A DNA stretch of 37,526 nucleotides from Rhodanobacteraceae bacterium (GTDB lineage: Bacteria; Pseudomonadota; Gammaproteobacteria; Xanthomonadales; Rhodanobacteraceae). The DNA is taken from positions 1-37,526 of the forward strand of contig JBOHYT010000431.1 of the NCBI GenBank assembly GCA_050738055.1, given 5' to 3'. Positions 18,722 to 27,093 of the stretch are shown here, in pieces (positions within the stretch are counted from its first letter, which is position 1; every line of letters starts with the position of its first letter). The position numbers were made by a program, and so were the translations under genes. A model generated the notes under the pieces. That model was not told where the DNA came from. It saw only the letters and a program-made list of their open reading frames with translations, and did not search any database.

Positions 18722-19123
18722 ATGACCGTATCTTTGCGTACCTTTGCGCGCTCACGGTGCCTGCGAGTGTTGGGAGTGCTGGCGTGGCTGATGCTCGCCA
18801 CCTCCTCGCTCCAGGCCGCGCCCCTGATGATCGAGGCGCAACCATTCGTTGCCGCGCATGCTGCAGCGACGGTCCATGAGCACTGTAACGAGTTGCCCGC
18901 TGCGCGCATGGCATCGCAACCGGGCCACGCACCCGCTATGCCGATGGGCCATGGCGATTGCTGTCACGGCGGTTGCCATTGTCTTGCGGCGTGCGGCGCC
19001 GTGATCACGGTGCCGCGCTCCATGGCGCTGCAGCAGTTCGCACCGGTGCCGCTGCCTCGGTTCGCTTCCACCGACCCCATCCCAACCCTGGCCGCGCCAC
19101 CGTTGCGACCACCGATCGCCTGA
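18722..19123 (+). CDS. copL: CopL-like Cys/His/Met-rich small protein upstream of copAB
   Basis: 133 aa with a signal-like N-terminus and a PAMPMGHGDCCHGGCHCLAACG metal-binding-type motif. Position upstream of copA-copB mirrors the copLAB arrangement known in Xanthomonas. Confidence 0.5.
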   Translation: MTVSLRTFARSRCLRVLGVLAWLMLATSSLQAAPLMIEAQPFVAAHAAATVHEHCNELPAARMASQPGHAPAMPMGHGDCCHGGCHCLAACGAVITVPRSMALQQFAPVPLPRFASTDPIPTLAAPPLRPPIA

Positions 19124-19230
19124 TTCCCGTCCGGCGCGTTCTGACGCGCCATTGAAGTCTCGGCTCGCCGCGTCCATGGCGAGCGCGAGTTTCTGGACAA
19201 CCGGCGCCTTGCGCGCCTGCGGGAATCGAA

Positions 19231-21039
19231 ATGAAACAGAAATCCATTGGCACGGGTTCGTGGAACCCGGTGCTTTCACGCCGACGCTTCGTGCAGGGGC
19301 TGGCGCTCGGCGGTACCGCTGCGGTGCTGGGCGGCATAATCAAACCGTCTTGGGCGCTGGGAGCGCCTGGTCAGCCAAATGTACTTTCCGGCACCGAATT
19401 CAATCTGGAGATCGGCGCGACGCCGGCCAACTTCAGCGGCCACCCGACGGTCGCACACACCATCAATGGGCAGTTGCCCGGTCCGATCCTGCGCTGGCGC
19501 GAGGGCACCACGGTCACGCTGCGCGTCACCAACCGTCTGCCGGTGCAAAGCTCCATCCATTGGCACGGCATCATTGTGCCGGCCGACATGGACGGCGTGC
19601 CGGGCATCAGTTTTCCCGGCATCGCGCCGGGCGAAACCTTCGTATATCGCTTTCCGGTGAAGCAGAGCGGCACGTACTGGTACCACAGCCACTCGCACTT
19701 CCAGGAACAGACCGGCCCGTTCGGACCACTGGTGATCGAGCCGGCCAATGGCGAGCGCAATCCGAGCGATCGCGATTACGTGGTGATGCTGAACGACTGG
19801 ACCGATCTCGATCCGGCGAGGATTTTCGCGATCCTGAAAAAGCAAAGCGACTACTTCAACTTCAACGAGCTCACGCTGCCGGATTTCGTGCGTGACACCT
19901 CGATGCTGGGTTTACGCGGTGCACTCGAAGCGCGTGCGATGTGGAACCAGATGCGCATGAGTCCGCGCGACGTGATCGACGTCAGCGGCTACACCTACAC
20001 GTATTTGATGAACGGCACGACGCCCGCCGGCAACTGGACGGGCCTGTTCAAGCCCGGCGAACGCGTCCGGCTGCGTTTCATCAACGGTTCGGCCAACAGC
20101 TATTTCGACGTGCGCATCCCGGGCCTGAAGATGCGCGTGATCTCGGCGGACGGCCAGGACGTGCAACCGGTCGAGGTGGACGAGCTTCGGATCGCGGTGG
20201 CGGAAACCTACGACGTGATCGTGCAGCCGCTGCAAGACCGCGCGTACACGATCTTCGCGCAATCGATCGACCGCAGCGGCTACGCGCGCGGCACGCTTGC
20301 GCCGCGACCGGGCATGCAAGCCGAGGTGCCGATGCTGGATGCGGTGCCGACGCTCACGATGGTGGACATGATGGGCGCGATGGCCCAAAGCCACGGCACG
20401 TCGGGCATGCAAGGCATGGAGCATGGATCGATGCCGGGCATGCAGCACGAGATGCAAGGCATGCGGCGCGGATCGACGTCAGTCGCGCAATACAACCTGG
20501 ACCCGGCCGGCATGGTGAAAGCAAACCACGCGCGTACCGAATACGACAATCCTGGCGTGGACATGCACGTGGACTGGCCGCGCACCAACTTCGATGACCC
20601 GGGTGTCGGTCTTCGCGACAACGGACGCCGGGTGCTGACCTATGCCGATCTGCGTGCGGTAGAGGGCCCCACCGATCCGCGCGAACCCAGCCGCGAAATC
20701 GAACTGCACCTGACCGGCAGCATGTACCGGTTCATCTGGTCGTTCGATGGCGTGACGTTCTCGGATGCGAAGCCGGTCCATTTCCCGTACGGCGAGCGCC
20801 TCCGCATCGTGCTGTGCAACGACACCATGATGAACCACCCGATCCACCTGCACGGGATCTTCAGCGAACTGGAGAATCCGCAAGGTGAAGTGATCGCGCG
20901 CAAGCACACCATCAACGTGCAACCGGCGCAACGCGTGACCTATGCGGTGACGGCCGACAATCCCGGCCGCTGGGCGTATCACTGCCACCTGCTCTATCAC
21001 ATGGAAGCGGGCATGTTCCGCGAGGTGGTGACGGCATGA
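19231..21039 (+). CDS. copA: Copper-resistance multicopper oxidase CopA/PcoA (Tat-exported)
   Basis: Twin-arginine SRRRFVQG. Cu motifs HWHG, YWYHSHS, HPIHLHG and HCHLLYHMEAGM. Met-rich insert MVDMMGAMAQSHGTSGMQGMEHGSMPGMQHEMQGM. Confidence 0.9.
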   Translation: MKQKSIGTGSWNPVLSRRRFVQGLALGGTAAVLGGIIKPSWALGAPGQPNVLSGTEFNLEIGATPANFSGHPTVAHTINGQLPGPILRWREGTTVTLRVTNRLPVQSSIHWHGIIVPADMDGVPGISFPGIAPGETFVYRFPVKQSGTYWYHSHSHFQEQTGPFGPLVIEPANGERNPSDRDYVVMLNDWTDLDPARIFAILKKQSDYFNFNELTLPDFVRDTSMLGLRGALEARAMWNQMRMSPRDVIDVSGYTYTYLMNGTTPAGNWTGLFKPGERVRLRFINGSANSYFDVRIPGLKMRVISADGQDVQPVEVDELRIAVAETYDVIVQPLQDRAYTIFAQSIDRSGYARGTLAPRPGMQAEVPMLDAVPTLTMVDMMGAMAQSHGTSGMQGMEHGSMPGMQHEMQGMRRGSTSVAQYNLDPAGMVKANHARTEYDNPGVDMHVDWPRTNFDDPGVGLRDNGRRVLTYADLRAVEGPTDPREPSREIELHLTGSMYRFIWSFDGVTFSDAKPVHFPYGERLRIVLCNDTMMNHPIHLHGIFSELENPQGEVIARKHTINVQPAQRVTYAVTADNPGRWAYHCHLLYHMEAGMFREVVTA

Positions 21040-22238
21040 ACATGAAAAATCTCCGCATCGCAATGATCTCCGTGGGCCTGCTGCTGGCGCTGCCGGCTGC
21101 GTCACGGCAGGGCCCCAGCCAGAACATGGACATGTCCTCGACGCAAGACATGCAGATGCCACGGCAGCCTGCGTCGTCAATTTCTGCGGCGGCGCCTGCG
21201 TCGTCCACACAATCCATGCAAAGCATGGATATGCAAGGCATGCACAGCCACCCAGCGGCCGAATCTGGCAAGACGGGGCAGCGGAAGCGGTCGCCGGCTG
21301 AACCGGCCCCGGCGAGTTCCGCACGTCACCCGCATGGGACGGACATGTCCTCGATGCCCGGCCTGCAGATGCCGAAGCAACCCGCGAAACCGGTTGAAAT
21401 CCAGCATCTGCATTTCGGCAACATGATCGGCGCGCGGCCCGAACCGGGCGGTCTTGCCGAGCGCGCGCATGGCATGGAAATGTCCTCCATGGAAAACATG
21501 GACATGTCCTCGATGCAGGGCGGCAACGCGCCGCCGAATGCGCGCAGTCCGGAGTATTCGGATGGCTACCGTTACACCGACATGCCGGGCATGGCGATGT
21601 CCGATCACGCCAAGGTCGGAAGGCTGCTGATCGATCAGTTGGAGTATGCCCACGGCAATCATGGCAACAACGCGGCGTTTCTCGATGCGGAAGCCTGGTA
21701 TGGCGAAGACTTCAACAAGTTGTGGCTGAAGGCCGAGGGTGAAGCCGCAGGCGGGAAACTCGAAGACCTGCGCACCGAGGCACTGTGGAACCATGCGATC
21801 AGCATCTACTGGGGCACGCAACTGGGCGTGCGCCATGACTTCGGCGAAGGTCCAGGCCGCAGCTGGGCCGCATTCGGCGTCCAGGGTCTGGCACCGTATT
21901 GGTTCGAAACCGAGGCCGAGTTATACCTCGGGCAGAGCGGGCGCACCGCCGCACGCGTGCAGTTCGAGTACGAGGAACTGTTGACGCAACGACTGATCCT
22001 GCAACCGAAGCTGGAAGTGAACTGGTACGGCAAGGACGATCCGCAACGCGGCATCGGCTCCGGTTTGTCGGATGTGGAATTCGGTCTGCGGTTGCGTTAC
22101 GAAATCCGCCGCGAGTTCGCGCCCTACATCGGTGTCGTCTGGCGGCAACGGTTCGGCCACACCGCTGATTTCGCGCGCGCGCAAGGTGAACACGCCGACG
22201 ACCTGCAGTTCGTCGCCGGCGTCCACGTCTGGTTCTGA
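21036..22238 (+). CDS. copB: Copper-resistance outer-membrane protein CopB/PcoB
   Basis: ATGA overlap with copA. Signal peptide. Met-rich MDMSS/MQMP repeats. C-terminal barrel region ending ...FVAGVHVWF. Confidence 0.9.
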   Translation: MNMKNLRIAMISVGLLLALPAASRQGPSQNMDMSSTQDMQMPRQPASSISAAAPASSTQSMQSMDMQGMHSHPAAESGKTGQRKRSPAEPAPASSARHPHGTDMSSMPGLQMPKQPAKPVEIQHLHFGNMIGARPEPGGLAERAHGMEMSSMENMDMSSMQGGNAPPNARSPEYSDGYRYTDMPGMAMSDHAKVGRLLIDQLEYAHGNHGNNAAFLDAEAWYGEDFNKLWLKAEGEAAGGKLEDLRTEALWNHAISIYWGTQLGVRHDFGEGPGRSWAAFGVQGLAPYWFETEAELYLGQSGRTAARVQFEYEELLTQRLILQPKLEVNWYGKDDPQRGIGSGLSDVEFGLRLRYEIRREFAPYIGVVWRQRFGHTADFARAQGEHADDLQFVAGVHVWF

Positions 22239-22300
22239 AGGAGACGCCCCCAAGCGGCGGCGCCACCGACCCATCAAGGCGACCGTGGTGCCAAGCGTGC

Positions 22301-23311
22301 TCACACTCCATGGAGCGTCACCAGCAACAGTGCGAAAAGTCCGTACAACGCCACCATCGCCGCCAACAATGCGCGCGAAATGATCCCACGCCGGAAGGCA
22401 AAGAACATCGCGGCAACCGCGATTATCGTGACCGCCGCCGCGAGGATCAGTGCCTTGTCGAACAGCCATGACGTGAAAAACAGGCCGAGCGCGGTCGGCA
22501 CAGTGGCCTGGATCATCATTGCGCCACTGATATTGGCAAGCGCGAGCCGGTACTTGCGCTGGCGCACCCAGATGATGGCGTTCAGGGTTTCGGGCAACTC
22601 CGTAGCGATCGGGCTGAGCAGCAATGCCAGCGTCTGGGACGGGATGCCCAGCAACGGGCCAAGCGCGTCGAGCTGGTCGACGAACAAACGCGAGGCAGCA
22701 AAGATCACGATCAGGGCCACCAGGGTTTGGGTGACTGCCGCCCGAGTCGTCGGCGTGTCCCTGCGGGGCGTGAGCTTGAGCGGTTCGGGTTCGCCTTCTT
22801 CCTCCTCGCCTTGCTCGGCGCGCATGACTTTCCAGAAGTACACGCCATAGGCCGCGAGGAACGCAAACGCCAGCCAGGGTTTGAAGGCAAACACCACGAG
22901 GCCCAGGACGATCTTCACCCCGAAGATCATCAGGAACCAACTTTGGTCGCGGCTGAGATGTTTGAAGTCGCGTCGAATTGCTTCGGTATGCGGCAAATGC
23001 CTCCGCAACACGAACAGCGTCAGGCCGACCACGCCATAGGCGATGGTGGACAACACCAGCGGCCCGCCAAGCGCGGCACCCACACCGATCGCCTTCTGTT
23101 CCGGCGAGGTGCCGAACACGACCGCAATGAAGGTGACCACGCTTTCCGGCAGCGCGGTACCGAATGCGGCGAGGATGGAACCCGTGGCCTGCTGGCCCAC
23201 CGCAAGCTTGCGGCCGACCCATTCCACGCCGTTGACGAAATACTCGCAGGCCAGATAGATCACGACCGCCGAACCAATCAGCAGCGCTATGGCCAGAAGG
23301 GTCGAAGACAT
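22301..23311 (-). CDS. Ca2+/cation antiporter (CaCA, Na+/Ca2+ exchanger membrane region) family protein
   Basis: Two alpha-repeat motifs, GSILAAFGTALPESV and LLSPIATELPETLNAIIW. About 10 hydrophobic helices. ATG at 23311. Confidence 0.8.
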   Translation of the reverse strand: MSSTLLAIALLIGSAVVIYLACEYFVNGVEWVGRKLAVGQQATGSILAAFGTALPESVVTFIAVVFGTSPEQKAIGVGAALGGPLVLSTIAYGVVGLTLFVLRRHLPHTEAIRRDFKHLSRDQSWFLMIFGVKIVLGLVVFAFKPWLAFAFLAAYGVYFWKVMRAEQGEEEEGEPEPLKLTPRRDTPTTRAAVTQTLVALIVIFAASRLFVDQLDALGPLLGIPSQTLALLLSPIATELPETLNAIIWVRQRKYRLALANISGAMMIQATVPTALGLFFTSWLFDKALILAAAVTIIAVAAMFFAFRRGIISRALLAAMVALYGLFALLLVTLHGV

Positions 23312-23522
23312 CGGGGAACCTTGGGGTCGGACGAGTGTGCCAATGGTTCCGGCGCCCTCGCCCGACCCACGGACGAACGCCGTTACCAATGGTCTCGCCA
23401 GATCCTGCCGACCCGATCGCGCCATGGTCCGATGGACCAAGCATGTTGACGCGATCCCTTCCGGAAACGAAGGAGGCTACTCCCCAAGGGGGTGGTGAGG
23501 GTATGGTGCGATGGAAAGCGCG

Positions 23523-23729
23523 TCAACTTCCGATCGGCTCGTCATTATCGTCCGCGTCAGCGTGGCCGCAACAACTACGCCGTTGCTGGACCGACGGACA
23601 CGCTGCCGAACCGAACGAGCAGAACACGCAGCAGTGACCTGGCTTGTGCGGCAGCAGGGCCTGGGCTCCGCTTTGGCGAACCCTGCATTGCGGGCAGGTG
23701 AATACCGATTCGAGAATGCTCTTTTCCAT
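23523..23729 (-). CDS. Cys-rich micro-ORF (68 aa), GDCCVxC-family-like but apparently degenerate
   Basis: MEKSILESVFTCPQC...KPGHCCVFCSFGSAACPSVQQRRSCCG. CPxC, CCVFC and CC motifs. Starts 56 nt downstream of the EamA stop on the same strand. The middle segment is shorter than I recall for that family. Confidence 0.4.
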   Translation of the reverse strand: MEKSILESVFTCPQCRVRQSGAQALLPHKPGHCCVFCSFGSAACPSVQQRRSCCGHADADDNDEPIGS

Positions 23730-23784
23730 GAGCCTGGCGGATGCTTCGTGAGGCGGCCCCCCGCATGACATAAGGTGCCTTCGA

Positions 23785-24843
23785 TCACTCGTGTCCGTGC
23801 TGATGATGGATATCCGGGTAATGCGGGTGGCTGTGCGTCAGGGGAGCGTGGGTATGTGGGTGCGTATGCGGCTCGGTCCCGTCCCAGTCGAAGTCATGCG
23901 CATGCTGGTGATGTTCGTCATGCACATGGCGATGCGTATGGGTGACCGGCTCGTGGGTGTGCAGGTGCTCGTGGCGCTCGGTCAAATGCAGCCACACGCC
24001 CACGCCCATCAGCACCGCCGCGAACCAGAACGTCAGCGACGCGTGATCGCCGAAGGCCAGGATCGCGATCGCCGCGCCCAGGAAAGGCGCCGTCGAAAAA
24101 TAGGCACCCGTGCGCGCCGCGCCAAGGCCGCGCAGGGCCAGCACGAACAACACCAGGCTTGCGCCGTAGCCGAACAAGCCCAATGTCATGGCCTCTGCCA
24201 CGCTGATCGGTGCAGGCCATGCAGCACCCAGAAGCAACGCGGCCGTGGTGTTGACGATGCCGGCGATCAATCCCTTCACCCCGGCAATGAACAGCGCGTC
24301 CGAAGCGGAAACCTTGCGGGTGAAATTGTTGTCCAGTGCCCAGCACAGACAGGCGCCGGCAATCAGCAACGCACCCCAAGTCAACCCTGCGCCAGCCGAT
24401 TGTCCGGGCCACGCGAGCAGCACGGCGCCGGCCACGATCAGTGCCATGCCCAGCGCCACGCGGCGATCGGTGTTTTCGCGAAAAACCACCCACGCCATCA
24501 CCGCGGTCAACACCGCCTCCATGTTCAACAACAGCGAAGCGCTTGCCGCGGACGTCTGGGTCAAACCCAGCATCAACGCCAAGGGACCCAGCACGCCGCC
24601 GAAGCCGATCGAGAGCAGCAGCCAGAGCCACTCGTTGCGGGTCATGGATGGCGTGCGCCAGCCGCGGTCGCGCAACAGCCGGATCAGCGCCAGGCCCACA
24701 CCGCTGCCGAGGTACAGCAGGCCAGCCAACAGGACCGGTGACACCTCACGCAACAGTTGCTTGGCAAGCGGCGTACTGGCGCCGAACAGCAGCGCCGCGC
24801 CAAGCGCGGCGGCTATTGCCGACGAGAACGTGCGGCGGCCCAT
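23785..24843 (-). CDS. EamA/DMT-family transporter with a roughly 65-aa His-rich C-terminal tail
   Basis: Ten hydrophobic helices in two EamA-like halves. Tail is HLTERHEHLHTHEPVTHTHRHVHDEHHQHAHDFDWDGTEPHTHPHTHAPLTHSHPHYPDIHHQHGHE. Confidence 0.85.
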   Translation of the reverse strand: MGRRTFSSAIAAALGAALLFGASTPLAKQLLREVSPVLLAGLLYLGSGVGLALIRLLRDRGWRTPSMTRNEWLWLLLSIGFGGVLGPLALMLGLTQTSAASASLLLNMEAVLTAVMAWVVFRENTDRRVALGMALIVAGAVLLAWPGQSAGAGLTWGALLIAGACLCWALDNNFTRKVSASDALFIAGVKGLIAGIVNTTAALLLGAAWPAPISVAEAMTLGLFGYGASLVLFVLALRGLGAARTGAYFSTAPFLGAAIAILAFGDHASLTFWFAAVLMGVGVWLHLTERHEHLHTHEPVTHTHRHVHDEHHQHAHDFDWDGTEPHTHPHTHAPLTHSHPHYPDIHHQHGHE

Positions 24844-25091
24844 GCGCCAAGCCTAGCTGGAATGCTGCGTGACCATCCCCTCTGCTGATGGCAACGTCGC
24901 AGGACGTTCCGCGCCAGTTTCAGTGCTTCACTGCCCGCACCGGCCATTCCTCTTCCCGTTCGAAAACCCGCTTGGGTTCTGTGCCGATCCCGAAATCCTG
25001 TATGGATTTCTCCGCAAGGCTGTCGGCCAGACGGATAAATTGGATGTGTCCAATACCATGGACTGACGTCGAATACGAAGGAGCCGCCGCG

Positions 25092-26000
25092 ATGCGACCG
25101 ACACCGCACGTCAAGACCTTTCTCCATCCCGGCACCTCCACGTTTTCCTACGTGGTATGGGACCGCGATACGCGGCAAGCCGCCGTCATCGACAGCGTGC
25201 TGCATTACGAGCCCGAATCCGGACGGACCTCAAACGAATACGTCGACCGCATCGCGCAGTTCGTGCAGGGCAACGATCTGGTCACCGAATGGGTCCTGGA
25301 AACCCATGCACATGCCGATCACGTCGCCGGCGGCGGTCTCGCCAAGCGCATGCTCGGCGGCCGCAGCGGCATCGGCGCCGGCATCCGCAAGGTGCAACAG
25401 CATTTCCGGGAAACCTACAACCTGGAGCGCGACTTTCTGCCGGACGGTTCGCAATTCGACCATCTGTTCGAGGATGGCGAGACCTTCAGGATCGGCGCGA
25501 TCGAGGCGCGCGCGATCCTGACGTCGGGCCATACCGCCGATCATCTGACCTATCTCGTCGGCGATGCCGCGTTTGTCGGCGACACGCTGTTCATGCCCGA
25601 TGGCGGCACGGCGCGCTGCGATTTTCCCGGTGGCGACGCGGCCGCGCTGTACTGCTCCATCCAGCGACTGTTCGAATTGCCCGATGCAATGCGGGTGTTC
25701 GTGCTCCACGACTATCGCCCCAACGGCCGCGACTACCGCAACGAGACGACGGTCGGCGCGCAGCGGCGCGACAACATCCATGTGGGCAATGGCCGCTCCG
25801 AGTCCGAATTCGTGAAGCTGCGCAACGAGCGCGACAAGACGCTCGGCATGCCCGCACTCATCATCCCCGCACTCCAGATCAACCTGCGCGGCGGCGAACT
25901 GCCGCCCGAGGAAGCCAACGGCGCGCGCTATCTCAAGATTCCGCTGAACCGGGCCAACGATTTTTCCACCATCGCGGACAAAGAGTCGCCAACGCCATGA
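25092..26000 (+). CDS. MBL-fold metallo-hydrolase (persulfide-dioxygenase/glyoxalase-II-like subgroup; function not assignable from sequence alone)
   Basis: ETHAHADHVAGG (HxHxDH), GHTADHLTY and HDY motifs. AAGGAG 9 nt upstream of the ATG at 25092. Confidence 0.8.
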   Translation: MRPTPHVKTFLHPGTSTFSYVVWDRDTRQAAVIDSVLHYEPESGRTSNEYVDRIAQFVQGNDLVTEWVLETHAHADHVAGGGLAKRMLGGRSGIGAGIRKVQQHFRETYNLERDFLPDGSQFDHLFEDGETFRIGAIEARAILTSGHTADHLTYLVGDAAFVGDTLFMPDGGTARCDFPGGDAAALYCSIQRLFELPDAMRVFVLHDYRPNGRDYRNETTVGAQRRDNIHVGNGRSESEFVKLRNERDKTLGMPALIIPALQINLRGGELPPEEANGARYLKIPLNRANDFSTIADKESPTP

Positions 26001-26075
26001 GCATTGTCGACTCCGGAAAGGCCTGATGAACGTCGGTTTGCGTCATTCCCGCGAAGGCGGACTGCCTGTGAAGCA

Positions 26076-26294
26076 TCGTCATTCCGGGGCCATCGCCGGC
26101 TCCATCGGCGATGGAACCCGACTGCGTTGGCAGGATTGCCAACGCGAACGCCGAAGCCTGCTCCGGACTTGATCCGGGGGCGGCCGCAGGCGAGCGCCAA
26201 GGATGGCGCGAGTCTATCCAGCTCCTTGTATGTCGGAGCGAAGAGCTGGATTCCGGGTTCTGCCCGCAAACAGCGCGGGCAGCCCCGGAATGAC
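26076..26294. mobile_element. MITE-like element, copy 3 (full length, same orientation as copy 2)
   Basis: TCGTCATTCCGGGGC...GCCCCGGAATGAC. Aligns with the reverse complement of 1142-1340. Preceded at 26042-26066 by an unrelated half-site, GTCATTCCCGCGAAGGCGGACTGCC. Confidence 0.65.
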
Positions 26295-26406
26295 AAGGTG
26301 ATTGGCGAGGAGTCGCAACAACGCCAGACGCGAAAAGCATGCCCGGACCTCGATCCGGGGGCGCGGCGAATTCGCAAGCTTGTTTGCGGGACGGCACACT
26401 TGGCTC

Positions 26407-27093
26407 ATGCATGTACTGCTCATCGAAGACGACACGCTGGTGGGGTCTGGCATCCGCTCAGGACTCGCGATGGCGGGTTTCAGCGTGGACTGGTTCCGGA
26501 CCGCCGCCGCTGCGCGGTTGTCGCTGGCAGCCACGGACAGCGACATCGTGGTGCTCGATCTCGGCCTGCCCGATGGCGACGGGATGACGTTGTTGCGCGA
26601 GTGGCGAGCCGACGGCCACGACGTGCCGGTTTTGGTGCTGACCGCGCGCGATGCCGTCGCCGACCGGATCGCCGGGCTCGAGACCGGTGCCGACGACTAC
26701 ATGCTGAAGCCTTTCGATCTCGACGAACTGACCGCACGCCTGCAGGCGTTGTTGCGCCGCGCAGCCGGCCGTGCCCGGCCGGTCATCGAACACGGTCCGA
26801 TCCGGTTCGATCCGGGCAGCCGCCGCGTCTGGCGCGACGGCCACGCAGTCGAACTGACCCGGCGCGAGTTCATGCTGTTGAACAAGCTGCTGCACGCGCG
26901 CGGCGCGATATTGAGTACGGAACAACTCAAGGATGCCCTGTACGGGTTGGACACGGATGTGGAAAGCAACGCCATCAACGTGCACATCCATCATTTGCGC
27001 CGCAAGCTCGGCAATGGGCTGATCCGGACCGTGCGCGGTCTCGGCTACCAGCTCGGCGAGCCCGACGAGAGCGACGACGGGAAATCCGCATGA
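26407..27093 (+). CDS. OmpR/PhoB-family response regulator (QseB/PmrA-like)
   Basis: MHVLLIEDD start. DLGLPDGDG phospho-acceptor region. KPF. Winged-helix C-terminus RTVRGLGYQL. Confidence 0.9.
   Translation: MHVLLIEDDTLVGSGIRSGLAMAGFSVDWFRTAAAARLSLAATDSDIVVLDLGLPDGDGMTLLREWRADGHDVPVLVLTARDAVADRIAGLETGADDYMLKPFDLDELTARLQALLRRAAGRARPVIEHGPIRFDPGSRRVWRDGHAVELTRREFMLLNKLLHARGAILSTEQLKDALYGLDTDVESNAINVHIHHLRRKLGNGLIRTVRGLGYQLGEPDESDDGKSA

Noticed and set aside
18722-22238. copLAB as a novel system, or as lacking its regulator.
   Set aside because: The copL-copA-copB arrangement without adjacent copRS is the described Xanthomonas-type layout, and all three products show the expected motifs.
23469-23701. 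GAAGGAGG followed by a 69-aa plus-strand ORF (23492-23701).
   Set aside because: The SD-like sequence is 15 nt from the GTG start, which is too far. The ORF is Arg-rich with no motifs and is antisense to the Cys-rich micro-ORF, which has family-like motifs.
26042-26066. GTCATTCCCGCGAAGGCGGACTGCC as a fourth MITE copy.
   Set aside because: Only a single terminus-like half-site shares GTCATTCC with the MITE ends. It has no partner inverted repeat and the internal sequence differs. It is likely a fragment of a different REP/MITE family.
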